Shown: positions 45,008 to 55,193, numbered from the stretch's first letter. The stretch: DNA of 64,000 bases from Armatimonadota bacterium (GCA_025060455.1 JANXBY010000003.1:34719-98718), one strand, 5' to 3'. Notes: generated by a model not told the origin, from the sequence alone. Numbers and translations are program-made.

Positions 45008-45838
45008 ATGCGGTACCGGTTGCTGGTGACCGACGTGGACGGCACGCTGTTGCCGCCTGACCGGAGGCTTTTGCCCTCGGTCCGGGAGGCGGTGCAGGCG
45101 GCCCAGGAGCGGGGCGCGCGCGTGTGCCTGGCCACCGGCCGCATGTGGCGGTCGGTGCAGCCGTACGTGGAGGCCGTGGGGGCCGACAGCCCCGTGGTCC
45201 TCTACAACGGAGCGGTGGTGTACGACTTCCGGGAAGGGCGCGTGCTCGAGCGGCACACCCTGGACCAGGAGGGCCTGCAGTGTGCCCTGGAGGTGCTGCG
45301 GGAGTTTCCCGAGGTACGGCCCCACCTGTTCGCGGACGAGCAGGTGTACGTGGACCGGCAGGACGAGCAGAGCCGGGCGTACCTGGAGCGCGACGGGATC
45401 ACCGCGGAGGAGGTCGGCGACCTCGCGGTGCACCTGCCGTCCGAAGCCGTTAAGGTCCTGGTGGTGGGGCCACCCGACCGGCTGGCGGTGGTGGACGCCG
45501 AGCTGGCTCGGCGCGCTCCCCAGGTCCGGCGGGTGTTCTCGGAGCGCAACTTCCTGGAGCTGTTGCCTGCAGGGGTCTCCAAGGGGAGCGCCCTGCGGAC
45601 CGTCTGTGCCGCCGTGGGTGTTCGGCCGGAGGAGGCGGTGGCGGTGGGCGACAACCCCAACGACCTGGAGATGCTGGAGGCGGCGGGAGTGGGGGTGGCG
45701 GTGTCTGGTGCGCACCCGGCGTTGCTGACGGTGGCGGACTACGTGACGCGCGCCGGACCCGGGCAGGCTATCGTGGAGGTCGTGGAGCGGTTCTTCTTGG
45801 ACGGCCAGGCGTACGTGAAACTCACGGATGGGAGGTGA
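45008..45838 (+). CDS. HAD-superfamily hydrolase, Cof-like phosphatase
   Basis: HAD motif I LLVTDVDGTLL and motif IV GDNPNDLEM. The track ORF is over-extended upstream to 44438. Confidence 0.75.
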   Translation: MRYRLLVTDVDGTLLPPDRRLLPSVREAVQAAQERGARVCLATGRMWRSVQPYVEAVGADSPVVLYNGAVVYDFREGRVLERHTLDQEGLQCALEVLREFPEVRPHLFADEQVYVDRQDEQSRAYLERDGITAEEVGDLAVHLPSEAVKVLVVGPPDRLAVVDAELARRAPQVRRVFSERNFLELLPAGVSKGSALRTVCAAVGVRPEEAVAVGDNPNDLEMLEAAGVGVAVSGAHPALLTVADYVTRAGPGQAIVEVVERFFLDGQAYVKLTDGR

Positions 45839-45842
45839 GGTC

Positions 45843-46862
45843 GTGAGGCGGTGGTCAGTGCTGTTGGTGGGTATGGCGGTGCTCGTGGTGGGCTCGGTGC
45901 CGGTGGGTGCGCAGGCCCGCCGGATCGTGGTGTACTCTGCACTCCCCGACCTGGAGACGTCCCTGATCAACCGGGAGTTCACCCGCAGGACGGGGATCGC
46001 GGTGGAGGCCCTCAGCGTAGCCGCCGCGGGCACCTTGGCGGCCCGGATCCGGGCGGAGCGGGACCGTCCGCGGGCCGACGTGTTCGTGGGCGGGTCCGCG
46101 GACTTCCACGCACCCCTGGCCCGGGAAGGCCTCCTGGTTCCCTACCGGTCTCCCGTGGCACGGGAGGCACGGGTCAGCCCCGCCTTCTTGGACCGGGACG
46201 GGTACTGGCACGGGTGGTACCTCGGGATCCTGTCCATCATCGTGAACACCGAGCGGTGGGACCGGGAGATGGCTCCGCGGCGGGTTCCCAAGCCCGCCAC
46301 CTGGGACGACCTCCTGCGGCCGGAGTTCCGGGGACACTTCATCATGCCCAGCCCGGTGACCACCGGGGCCGGCTACATCTTCGTGGCCGGGCAGATCTTC
46401 CGCCTGGGGGAAGACCGGGCGTGGGCGTACCTGCGCGAGCTGAACCGCAACGCAGCCCAGTACACGCCCACCGCACCGGGCACCATCACCCTGCTGGAAC
46501 GGGGGGAGGCCGTCGTGGCCATGATGTGGGCGCACGAGGGGATCGGGGCGAGGCGGGTGCGCTTCCAGCCACTGGAGGTGATCGTGCCGCCCGACACCGC
46601 CTTTGAGATCGGCGCGGTCTCCATCCTGCGGGGCGGGCCCAACCCGGAGGGCGCCCGCGCGTACGTGGACTTTCTCATGACCCGCACGCCGCAGGACATC
46701 AACGCCCGCTACGGGTTCCGGTACCCGGTGCGGACGGACGTGGAGCCTCCCGCAGGCGCGCCGCCCTTCGAGTCGGTGAAGTTCGTCCGGTACGACCGGG
46801 AGTGGGCGATCACCAACGCGGAGCGGGTGCGGGAGCGGTGGACCCGGGAGATCGGCCGGTAG
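45843..46862 (+). CDS. ABC transporter substrate-binding protein (iron(III)/FbpA-type family 1 SBP)
   Basis: Signal peptide and SBP fold. GTG 45843 follows GGGAGGTGAGG, overlapping the HAD stop. Confidence 0.7.
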   Translation: MRRWSVLLVGMAVLVVGSVPVGAQARRIVVYSALPDLETSLINREFTRRTGIAVEALSVAAAGTLAARIRAERDRPRADVFVGGSADFHAPLAREGLLVPYRSPVAREARVSPAFLDRDGYWHGWYLGILSIIVNTERWDREMAPRRVPKPATWDDLLRPEFRGHFIMPSPVTTGAGYIFVAGQIFRLGEDRAWAYLRELNRNAAQYTPTAPGTITLLERGEAVVAMMWAHEGIGARRVRFQPLEVIVPPDTAFEIGAVSILRGGPNPEGARAYVDFLMTRTPQDINARYGFRYPVRTDVEPPAGAPPFESVKFVRYDREWAITNAERVRERWTREIGR

Positions 46863-46876
46863 TCGAATCCGGGCGG

Positions 46877-48529
46877 ATGCTGGCTGGCCGCGTGGGCGCC
46901 TTGGTTCCGGGGGTCGAGGCCCGGAGGCAGCTGGCCGACCCAGGCCTCGCCCTCGCGTTCCTCGCGGGAGCCTTCGCCCTGGCGGTGTTCGTGCTGTACC
47001 CCACGGTGCGCGTGCTGGCTTACCCGAGCCTGCAGGACTACCTGAGCATCCCGCACAGCGTCCGGTGGGTGCAGGCAGCCCGCAACAGCCTCCTGAGCGC
47101 CGTGCTGTCCACCACCACGGCGGTGGCGGTCGGCCTGGCCTTCGCCTTTGCCACCACCCGCCCGGACGTGCCCGGGAGCCGGTTCTTCCGTGCCGTGGCT
47201 CTGCTGCCGCTGTTCGCGCCGCCGTTCATGGTGGCGTTCTCGTACATCCTGCTGTTCGGCCGGCAGGGCCTGGTAACCCGCCACCTGCTGGGCCTGGACG
47301 TGAACATCTTCGGCCCCCACGGGCTGTGGCTGGTGCAGACGGTGGCCTTCTTCCCCCTGGCCATGCTGGTGATCGTAGGCGTGCTGGAGAGCATCAGTCC
47401 CAGCCTGGAGCAGGCGGCGCGGAACCTGGGCGCGGACGACTGGCAGGTGACCCGCACCGTGACCCTGGCCCTGGCGCGGCCGGGGATCGCGGGAGCGGCC
47501 CTGGTCGTGGCCATCTCGGTTCTGGCGGACTTCGGCAACGCCGTCGTGATCGCAGGCGGCTGGCCCCTGCTGGCCACGGAGGCGTGGTTCCGAATGGAGG
47601 GCATGGCGGACCTGCGAGGCGCCTCCCTCGTGGTCGCCATGCTGGTGGTCCCCACCACGGCCCTGTTCCTGCTGGAACGGTACTGGGTCGGCCGGAAGCG
47701 GTACACCACCGTGACCGGACGCGGGGGACGGCTGGAGCGCCCGCCCACGTACCCGCCCCTCAAGTGGGCGAGTTTCGCCGTATGCGGGGTGACCAGCATC
47801 CTGGTGTTGCTGGTGTACCTGGGCGTGGTGGCGGGGGCCTTCACCGCGGTGTGGGGACGGGACTGGTCGTTCACCCTGGACCACTGGCGCCTGGCTGCAG
47901 ACCGGACTCCGTCCCTGTGGGCGAGCCTCCGGGTGGCCGCCGGCGCGGGCGCGGTCACCGCGGTGGCGGGCATCCTCCTGGCGTTCCTCGCGGGCCGTCC
48001 GCTGCCCCTGCGAAGGGCCCTGGACTTCCTGGCGGTGTTGCCAGGCGCGCTGCCGGGGGTGTTCGTGGGCGTGGGCTTCGTGTTGGCCTTCAACCGGCCT
48101 CCCCTGGAGCTGGTGGGAACACCGTGGATCCTCATCCTGGCCCTGGCCTTCTGGCACCTGCCCCTGGGGTACCAGGCGGCGGCGGCCCAGCTGCAACAGA
48201 TCGACCGGTCCATCGAGGAGGCGGCCAGCAACCTGGGCGCCCGGGGCCTGCACCTCCTGCGGGATGTCTACCTGCCCCTTTTGAGCCGCGCGTTCGTGGA
48301 GGGGTTCACGGTCTCTTTCGTGCGTGCGGTGACCAACGTGAGCATCGCGGTGTTCCTCGTCTCCCCGGGCAACGTGGTGGCCACCTTCGCCATCCTCAAC
48401 ATGATCGGAAACGGGATCTGGGGCGGGGCTGCCGCCCTCACCACCATGCTCCTGCTGGTGACCTTCGCGGTCCTGGCCGGCGCCCGACTGGTAGTGGGGC
48501 GGGCCCTCCGCCCGGCGGGGGTGGGGTAG
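46877..48529 (+). CDS. ABC transporter permease, two-domain iron(III)-type (FbpB-like)
   Basis: About 550 aa with two MetI-like domains. Confidence 0.8.
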   Translation: MLAGRVGALVPGVEARRQLADPGLALAFLAGAFALAVFVLYPTVRVLAYPSLQDYLSIPHSVRWVQAARNSLLSAVLSTTTAVAVGLAFAFATTRPDVPGSRFFRAVALLPLFAPPFMVAFSYILLFGRQGLVTRHLLGLDVNIFGPHGLWLVQTVAFFPLAMLVIVGVLESISPSLEQAARNLGADDWQVTRTVTLALARPGIAGAALVVAISVLADFGNAVVIAGGWPLLATEAWFRMEGMADLRGASLVVAMLVVPTTALFLLERYWVGRKRYTTVTGRGGRLERPPTYPPLKWASFAVCGVTSILVLLVYLGVVAGAFTAVWGRDWSFTLDHWRLAADRTPSLWASLRVAAGAGAVTAVAGILLAFLAGRPLPLRRALDFLAVLPGALPGVFVGVGFVLAFNRPPLELVGTPWILILALAFWHLPLGYQAAAAQLQQIDRSIEEAASNLGARGLHLLRDVYLPLLSRAFVEGFTVSFVRAVTNVSIAVFLVSPGNVVATFAILNMIGNGIWGGAAALTTMLLLVTFAVLAGARLVVGRALRPAGVG

Positions 48530-48532
48530 GCG

Positions 48533-49582
48533 ATGGCGGTGCACCTCCGATTGGTGGACGTGGTCAAGCGGTTCGGCGCCACCACCGCGGTGGACGGCGT
48601 TTCCCTGGATGTCGAGGAAGGCTGCTTTTTCACCCTCCTGGGTCCTTCCGGCTGCGGGAAGACAACCCTGCTGCGCGTGGTGGCGGGATTCCACCTGCCC
48701 GACCGGGGAGAGGTGTTCTTACGGGACCGGCGGATCACCCACCTGCCCCCGCAAGCCCGGGGGACCGCGATGGTGTTCCAGGAGTACGCCCTGTTCCCCC
48801 ACATGACGGTGGAGGAAAACGTGGGCTACGGCCTGCGCATGCGGCGGGTCCCCGCAGGCCAGGCGCGGGAGCGTGTGCGGCGGGTGTTGGAGTTGGTCGG
48901 GCTGGTGGGTCAGGAGCACAAGTACCCGCACCAGCTCAGCGGCGGCCAGCAGCAGCGGGTGGCCCTGGCCCGGGCGCTGGTGGTGGAGCCGGAGGTGTTG
49001 CTCCTGGACGAGCCCCTCAGCAACCTGGACGCAAAGCTGCGGCTGCGGGTCCGCGAGGAGCTGCGGGAGCTCCAGAGGCGTCTCGGGCAGACCACCCTGT
49101 ACGTGACCCACGACCAGGAGGAGGCCCTGGCCCTTTCGGACCGCGTGGCGGTGATGAACGCAGGCCGGGTGCTCCAGGTGGGAACCCCAGAGGAAGTCTA
49201 CCTGCGCCCGCGGAACCGCTTCGTGGCGGAGTTCGTGGGCATGGCCAACTTCGTGCGGGCCCGGTGGGTGGGTCCCGGGCGGGTGCAGGCCGGCGGCATA
49301 GTGCTCCGGGTGGGCGAGGGGAGGACCTCCGGAGGCGACGTGCTGTTGGCGATCCGGCCGGAGGAAGTCCGGGTGCGGACGGAGCCCGGGGACGGTGGCC
49401 CTAACCTCCTCCAGGGCCGTGTGCAGTCGGTCACCTTCCTCGGGCCGGTCCGGCGGTGTACCGTGGAAACAGACGGGCTGCGGTGGGTGGTGGACGTGCA
49501 GCCCGACGTCCGGGTGGAGGCGGCTCAGGAGGTTTACCTGGAGGTGCCGCCCGAGCGGCTGCGCGTGGTGGAAGAAGCATAG
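48533..49582 (+). CDS. ABC transporter ATP-binding protein (FbpC/PotA-like)
   Basis: Walker A GPSGCGKTT, signature LSGGQQQRVALARAL, Walker B LLLDEPLSNLD, and a C-terminal TOBE-like domain. Confidence 0.85.
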   Translation: MAVHLRLVDVVKRFGATTAVDGVSLDVEEGCFFTLLGPSGCGKTTLLRVVAGFHLPDRGEVFLRDRRITHLPPQARGTAMVFQEYALFPHMTVEENVGYGLRMRRVPAGQARERVRRVLELVGLVGQEHKYPHQLSGGQQQRVALARALVVEPEVLLLDEPLSNLDAKLRLRVREELRELQRRLGQTTLYVTHDQEEALALSDRVAVMNAGRVLQVGTPEEVYLRPRNRFVAEFVGMANFVRARWVGPGRVQAGGIVLRVGEGRTSGGDVLLAIRPEEVRVRTEPGDGGPNLLQGRVQSVTFLGPVRRCTVETDGLRWVVDVQPDVRVEAAQEVYLEVPPERLRVVEEA

Positions 49583-49615
49583 GCCGGTCAGTCACATCGG
49601 GAGGGGGGATTCACA

Positions 49616-50635
49616 GTGCGCAGAGCGTGGCTGCTGATTCTCGGTCTGTTGTTGGTGGTGCCCGCGGGATCCGGGGCAGGCCCCGCGCAGCGAGTGGTGG
49701 TGCTGTGTAGCCCGAACCCCGCGTGGTGTGACGCCGTCAAGGAGGAGTTCCCCAAGGCGACGGGAATCGCCCTGGACTACGTGCGGCTGAGCTCCGGTGA
49801 AGGGCTGGCCCGCCTTCGGGCGGAGCGGCGCAACCCCAGCTTCGACGTGTGGTTTGGCGGGACCGGTGACCCGCACATGGTGGCCTTCGAGGAGGGGCTT
49901 ACGGAGGCGTACCGGCCGCGGAGCTGGAACGACCTGCGGCCGGAACTGCGGGAGGCCGTGGGCGGGAAGTACATCCCCCTGTACGCGGGGATCCTGGGCT
50001 GGGCCCTGAACGAGCGGGTGTTGCGAGAGCGGAACGCCCCGGTCCCGAGGACGTGGAAGGACCTGGCGGACCCGCGCTACCGGGGCCTGGTGGCCTACCC
50101 GAACCCGAACACCTCCGGGACGGGCTACACCATGCTGGCCACCCTGGTCCAGCTGTACGGGGAGCAGCAGGCGTTTGAGCTGCTGAAGCAGATCCACCGG
50201 AACGTGGCGGAGTACACCCGCAGCGGTGCCGCGCCGGGCCAGCTCACCGGGCGCGGGGAGGTGGCGGTGGGCATCACGTTCATCCACGACGCCGTGGACC
50301 AGGTGCTGAAGGGGTTCCCCATCAGCTACGGGGCGCCCCGGGACGGCACGGGCTACGAGATCGGGGGCCTGAGTTTGGTGAAGGGAGCTCCGAACCGCAC
50401 CGCCGCGGTGACCTTCATCGAGTGGGCCCTCACTCCCGAGGCGCAGCGCCTTGGGCCGGAGCGGGGCCAGTCCTACCAGATCCCGTCCAACAGCAAGACC
50501 CCCATCCCGCCCGTGGCGCCGCGGTTTGAGGCTTTCCGGGTGATCAAGTACGACTTCCTGAAGTACGGCAGTGCCGCGGTCCGCGACCGGCTCGTGAAGC
50601 GTTGGACGGACGAGGTGTTCCCGCTGCCGAAGTAG
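49616..50635 (+). CDS. ABC transporter substrate-binding protein (second family 1 SBP)
   Basis: Signal peptide MRRAWLLILGLLLVVPAGSGAG and SBP fold. Paralogous to the SBP at 45843. Confidence 0.7.
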   Translation: MRRAWLLILGLLLVVPAGSGAGPAQRVVVLCSPNPAWCDAVKEEFPKATGIALDYVRLSSGEGLARLRAERRNPSFDVWFGGTGDPHMVAFEEGLTEAYRPRSWNDLRPELREAVGGKYIPLYAGILGWALNERVLRERNAPVPRTWKDLADPRYRGLVAYPNPNTSGTGYTMLATLVQLYGEQQAFELLKQIHRNVAEYTRSGAAPGQLTGRGEVAVGITFIHDAVDQVLKGFPISYGAPRDGTGYEIGGLSLVKGAPNRTAAVTFIEWALTPEAQRLGPERGQSYQIPSNSKTPIPPVAPRFEAFRVIKYDFLKYGSAAVRDRLVKRWTDEVFPLPK

Positions 50636-50640
50636 CGGAC

Positions 50641-52860
50641 GTGGCCCGGGCCGTCGCGCTCCCTCAGACCCGGTGGGCGGCCCAGCCGGCGGTGGCCGCG
50701 TGGGCCGCCGCGACCGTGCTCGCCGCCGCGGCACTGCCGTGGGGCCGCGCGGGCCGCGACCTGGGATCCTGGCTGTGGGACTCCACAGGCGTTGTGCTAG
50801 CGTCGGGTTCCCTCCTGGCGGCAGGCGTTCTGCTGGCCTCCTTCGCCGTTCTCCTGGCAGGGCTGTGGCCCGCGCCGGAGCGCACCCGCGGGGTGGCGCT
50901 AGCGGCCTTCGGAGCGTGCGGGATGGCGCTGTCCGGCCTGCTCCTCGGGGTGCGGGGCACGCCCACAGGGCCGGCCGGCGTCCTGGCACCCCTGGGGTTC
51001 TTGACCCTCACGGGCTTCGGGCTTTCGTCCTCCGGTCGATGGTTTGTAGACCCGTTCCTGTCCGCCGCGGTGCTCTGGGCCGCGGCCTTCGTGGCGTTGT
51101 TCATCCTGCTCCCCCTGGCCTCGGTGGTGGTGGCCAGCGTGTGGGTGGACGGCCGCTTCACCCTAGAGGTGGTGCACCGGACCCTGACCTCGCCTGCCTT
51201 CCTCGCCCTCGACCACCCCGGGACGCCGCACAACGAGCTCGCGGTGGCGGCCGCGGTGGGCTTGGCGGTGGCGGTGGGGACCTTGGTCCTCGGATGGTAC
51301 CTCAGGTGGAGCCGCCGGAGCCTTCCCGCGGGCGGGGCGGCCGGCCTCGCCGCAGCCGCACTGGCGAGCCTGTACCTGGGGTTTGGGGCCTTCCGCAACA
51401 GCCTCCTGCTCGCGGTGGTGGTGGGCGCGGTGTCTACGGCCCTGGGGTTCGCGTTTGCGCTCCTTTCGGAACGGTCGCAGCTGCCCACGCGCCGCCTGTT
51501 GGGGACGCTGTCGGCCCTCCCCATCATCACGCCGCCCTTCGTGTTGGGGATCGCCATGCTGTACCTGTTCGGCCGGCGTGGGTTCGTGACGTACCGCCTC
51601 CTGGGAGTTTCCACGGACGTGTTCTTCGGACCGTTGGGGGTAGCGGTGGCCCAGGTGCTGGCGTACACGCCCATCGCGTACCTGGTCCTGGTGGGCGTGG
51701 TCCGAGCGCTGGACGCGAGCCTGGAGGAGGCGGCGCAGACCCTGGGCGCCTCGCCCTGGCACCTGGTGCGCACGGTTATCTGGCCCCTCGCGCGCCCCGG
51801 CCTCGCGAACGCGTTCCTCCTGGTGGCCATCGAGAGTCTGGCGGACTTCGCCAACCCCATCGTGGTGGGCGGCGGAAAGCCGTTTTTGGCCACCGAGGTG
51901 TTCTTCGCCATCGTGGGCCGGTATAACCCGCACGAGGCGGCCACCTACGGGGCGGTGCTGCTGGCCCTCACCCTGACCGTGTTCGTGTTTCAGCAGCGGT
52001 GGTTGGGTGGGGCGTTCTACGTCACCGTCACGGGCCGTCCCACGGGTGCTCGGCCGCAGCCCCTGCCGCTGTGGCTGGACTGGGCCCTGTCCGCGGTGTT
52101 CGTGGTGTGGATGGTAGTGGTGGTCCTGCTGTACGGGTCGGTGTTCGTGGGGGCGGTGACGCGCCTGTGGGGATTCGACTACACCTTCACCCTGCGTCAC
52201 CTGCAGGACCTCCACCCGCAGGGCTGGCAGGTCCTGCGGACCACGGTGCAGCTGTCTGCGTACGCCGCGGTGCCCTCCGTGGTGGTGGGGTTTCTGATCG
52301 GCTACCTGGTGAACCGGGTGGACTTTCCCGGCCGGCGGGCGCTGGAGTTCAGCTCCATGCTGTCGTTCGCCACGCCGGGGACCGTCATGGGGATCGGGTA
52401 CGTGCTGGCCTTCAACCAGGGGCCGTTGCTGCTCACGGGCACGGAGCTGGTGATCGTGCTGGCCTTCGTGTTCCGCAACATGCCAGTGGCCATCCGGGCC
52501 GCGGTGGCCGCCTTGGAGCAGATCGACCGCTCTTTGGAGGAGGCCAGCACGATGCTCCGGGCGGGTGCGAGTACCACGTTGCGGCGGGTGGTGGCACCCC
52601 TCGCCCGGTCTGCCCTCCTGTCCGGGCTGGTGTTCGCGTTCGTGCGGGCCATGACGGCGGTCAGCCAGGTGATCTTCCTCATCACGCCGCAGCACAACCT
52701 GGCCACCACCCAGATCCTGTCGTACCTGGAGTACGGCAGTCAGGGTCGGGGGGCCGCCCTGGCATCCGTCCTGACGCTGCTCCTGGTGACCGTGGTGGCG
52801 TCCCTCCAGGCATTGAGCCGGCGCCTGGATCCCAGGACGGCCCAGCTGGGGGCGGGGTGA
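50641..52860 (+). CDS. ABC transporter permease, two-domain iron(III)-type with extra N-terminal TM region
   Basis: About 739 aa with two MetI-like domains (PLARPGLANAFLLVAIESLADF and a second copy). GTG start at 50641. Confidence 0.75.
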   Translation: MARAVALPQTRWAAQPAVAAWAAATVLAAAALPWGRAGRDLGSWLWDSTGVVLASGSLLAAGVLLASFAVLLAGLWPAPERTRGVALAAFGACGMALSGLLLGVRGTPTGPAGVLAPLGFLTLTGFGLSSSGRWFVDPFLSAAVLWAAAFVALFILLPLASVVVASVWVDGRFTLEVVHRTLTSPAFLALDHPGTPHNELAVAAAVGLAVAVGTLVLGWYLRWSRRSLPAGGAAGLAAAALASLYLGFGAFRNSLLLAVVVGAVSTALGFAFALLSERSQLPTRRLLGTLSALPIITPPFVLGIAMLYLFGRRGFVTYRLLGVSTDVFFGPLGVAVAQVLAYTPIAYLVLVGVVRALDASLEEAAQTLGASPWHLVRTVIWPLARPGLANAFLLVAIESLADFANPIVVGGGKPFLATEVFFAIVGRYNPHEAATYGAVLLALTLTVFVFQQRWLGGAFYVTVTGRPTGARPQPLPLWLDWALSAVFVVWMVVVVLLYGSVFVGAVTRLWGFDYTFTLRHLQDLHPQGWQVLRTTVQLSAYAAVPSVVVGFLIGYLVNRVDFPGRRALEFSSMLSFATPGTVMGIGYVLAFNQGPLLLTGTELVIVLAFVFRNMPVAIRAAVAALEQIDRSLEEASTMLRAGASTTLRRVVAPLARSALLSGLVFAFVRAMTAVSQVIFLITPQHNLATTQILSYLEYGSQGRGAALASVLTLLLVTVVASLQALSRRLDPRTAQLGAG

Positions 52861-53921
52861 ATGCCGTGGCGGAGGGCGTGCCCGTCCGTCTCGAGGGCGT
52901 CACCAAGCGCTTCGGCGCGGTGTTGGCGGTCGACTCCGTGGACCTGCACGTCCCGCCGGGTAAGCTGGTGACGCTGTTGGGGCCGTCGGGGTGCGGCAAG
53001 ACCACTACCCTGCGCCTCGTGGCGGGCTTGGAGCGCCCCACCGCGGGCCGCGTGTGGATCGCAGACGAGGACGTGACGGACCTGCCCGCGGCACGGCGCG
53101 GGGTGACCATGGTGTTCCAGTCCTACGCCCTGTTCCCCCACCTCACGGTGTTTGAGAACGTGGCGTACGGGCTGCGGGTGCAGCGGCTCCCGGCAGCAGA
53201 AGTCCGGCGCCGGGTGATGGAGGCGCTGGAGCTGGTGGGGCTTCCGGAGACCGCGGAGCGCTACCCGGCGCAGCTCAGCGGCGGGCAGCAGCAGCGGGTG
53301 GCGCTGGCGCGGGCGCTGGTGATGCAACCCCGCGTCCTCCTGTTCGACGAACCCCTCAGCAACCTGGACGCGAAGCTGCGGCGGAGGGTGCGGGCGGAGA
53401 TCCGGATGCTGCAGCAGCGGCTCGGGATCACGAGCCTGTACGTCACCCACGACCAGGCGGAGGCGCTGGCCCTGTCCGACGTGGTGGTGGTGATGAACCA
53501 GGGGCGCGTGGAGCAGGTGGGGATCCCGGAGGAGGTGTACCGTCGGCCGAGGACGCGGTTTGTGGCCGACTTCATCGGGGAGGCCAACCTCTTGCCGGCC
53601 ACCTTCTGGGAGGGTGCGGTGGAGGTGGCCAGCTACCGCTTCCCCGTGGAGCAGGAGGAGGTGCGGGACGGGCCGGTGACCGTGATGGTGCGGCCGGAGG
53701 CGGTGGTGGTGTCGCAAGACGCCTCCGGCCTGCCCGGAGTGGTCCGGACCGTGTTCTTCATGGGCATGACCACGGAGCTGCTGGTAGACACGCCGGCGGG
53801 GGAGGTGCTGGCCACCCAACCGTACCGGGCAGACCGGAGGATCGTGCCGGGAGAGCAGGTGCGCCTGCGCTTCGAACCGGCCGGTGTGTACCTGCTGCCC
53901 GCCGAAGACGGGAGGGGCTAG
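52857..53921 (+). CDS. ABC transporter ATP-binding protein (second FbpC/PotA-like)
   Basis: GPSGCGKTT, LSGGQQQRVALARAL, LLFDEPLSNLD. GTGA overlap with the permease stop. Confidence 0.85.
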   Translation: MNAVAEGVPVRLEGVTKRFGAVLAVDSVDLHVPPGKLVTLLGPSGCGKTTTLRLVAGLERPTAGRVWIADEDVTDLPAARRGVTMVFQSYALFPHLTVFENVAYGLRVQRLPAAEVRRRVMEALELVGLPETAERYPAQLSGGQQQRVALARALVMQPRVLLFDEPLSNLDAKLRRRVRAEIRMLQQRLGITSLYVTHDQAEALALSDVVVVMNQGRVEQVGIPEEVYRRPRTRFVADFIGEANLLPATFWEGAVEVASYRFPVEQEEVRDGPVTVMVRPEAVVVSQDASGLPGVVRTVFFMGMTTELLVDTPAGEVLATQPYRADRRIVPGEQVRLRFEPAGVYLLPAEDGRG

Positions 53922-55091
53922 GTGCACGCAGACGTGGTGGTGGTGGGCGGGGGTTGCGTCGGGGCCAGTGCCGCCTTCTACCTGGGCCGGGCGCGTGTGG
54001 GGCGCGTGGTGTTGGTGGAACGCGACCGCGTGGGCAGCGGCCCCACGGCCCGGACCGTGGGGATCGTGCGACTGCACTACTCCCACGAACCGCTGGTGGA
54101 ACTGGCCCGCCGAAGCCTGGAGCGGTTCGTGCACTTCGAGGAGCTCACGGGCAGGACCGCGGACTTCACCCGGACGGGGTTCCTCCTCCTGGCACCGGCT
54201 CCGGAGCTGGAAGGGCTGGCGGCCAACGTCGCCCTGCAGCGGCGGTTGGGCGTGCAGGCGGAGGTTCTGACGCCCGAGGAGGTGGCCCGGCTGGACTCGC
54301 GGCTGGACCTGGAGGGCGTGGCGGGGGCCGCGTACGAGCCGGACGCAGGCTACGCGGACGGGTACGCCACTGCCACGGGCTTCGGGGCCGCAGCACGGCA
54401 GCTAGGGGTGGAGGTGTGGGAGGGTACCTCTGCGCAACGGCTGCAGGTCACCTCCGGCCGCGTGGTGGGTGTGCAAACCTCCAGGGGCGTCGTGTCGTGT
54501 TCTCGCGTGCTCGTGGCCGCAGGGGTGTGGACCGCGGGGCTGCTGAGGACCGTGGGGGTGGACTTCCCGGTGGTGGCGTCCCGGGAGCAGGTGGTGCAGC
54601 TGGCTCCGCCGCGATCCTTCGGCCGCCTCGAGCTGGTGGTGGAGGACCTGGTCTTGGGATTCTACGCGCGCCCGGAGACCGGCGGCACCGTGCTGGCCGG
54701 CGTCCTGGAGGAGGAACCGGAACAGATCGTGCCCGACCCGGATCACTTCCACACAGGAGTGGATTGGGAGTTCGTGGAGCGGGTCGGGACCCTCTGGTCC
54801 AGGCGGTACCCGTCCGGGGCGCAGGCGGAGTTCCGCGGGGGCTACGCCAGCCTGTACGACGTCACCCCGGACTGGCAGCCAGTGCTGGGACCGGTCGAAG
54901 GGGTTGACGGCCTGTTCGTGGCCGCGGGGTTCAGCGGCCACGGGTTCAAGCTGAGCCCGTCCCTGGGCGAGGAGCTGGCCCGGTGGGTGTGCGGCCAGCC
55001 GCCCACGGTGGACCTGCGGATGTTCTCCCTGCGCAGGTTCTCGGAGGGCACGCTGCTGCGCGGCCGTCACGCGAAGGGCCTGCTCGGATAG
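53922..55091 (+). CDS. FAD-dependent oxidoreductase (DAO family; glycine/sarcosine oxidase-like)
   Basis: N-terminal dinucleotide-binding VVVVGGGCVGASAAFYL and the DAO fold. Its start abuts the ATPase stop. Confidence 0.75.
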   Translation: MHADVVVVGGGCVGASAAFYLGRARVGRVVLVERDRVGSGPTARTVGIVRLHYSHEPLVELARRSLERFVHFEELTGRTADFTRTGFLLLAPAPELEGLAANVALQRRLGVQAEVLTPEEVARLDSRLDLEGVAGAAYEPDAGYADGYATATGFGAAARQLGVEVWEGTSAQRLQVTSGRVVGVQTSRGVVSCSRVLVAAGVWTAGLLRTVGVDFPVVASREQVVQLAPPRSFGRLELVVEDLVLGFYARPETGGTVLAGVLEEEPEQIVPDPDHFHTGVDWEFVERVGTLWSRRYPSGAQAEFRGGYASLYDVTPDWQPVLGPVEGVDGLFVAAGFSGHGFKLSPSLGEELARWVCGQPPTVDLRMFSLRRFSEGTLLRGRHAKGLLG

Positions 55092-55099
55092 GAGGACCT

Positions 55100-55193
55100 G
55101 GCGGAGGGGGTGGGATTCGAACCCACGGGCGGGGTTTTTGCCCCGCCACGGTTTAGCAAACCGCCGCCTTGGACCGCTCGGCCACCCCTCCGG
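55100..55193 (-). tRNA. tRNA-Ser (anticodon GCU), class II with long variable arm, CCA encoded
   Basis: Minus-strand sequence GGAGGGG-TG-GCCGAGCGGTCCAAGGC-G-GCGGT-TTGCTAA-ACCGT-[long variable arm]-GTGGG-TTCGAAT-CCCAC-CCCCTCC-G-CCA. A TTGACA -35 lies upstream. Confidence 0.85.
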
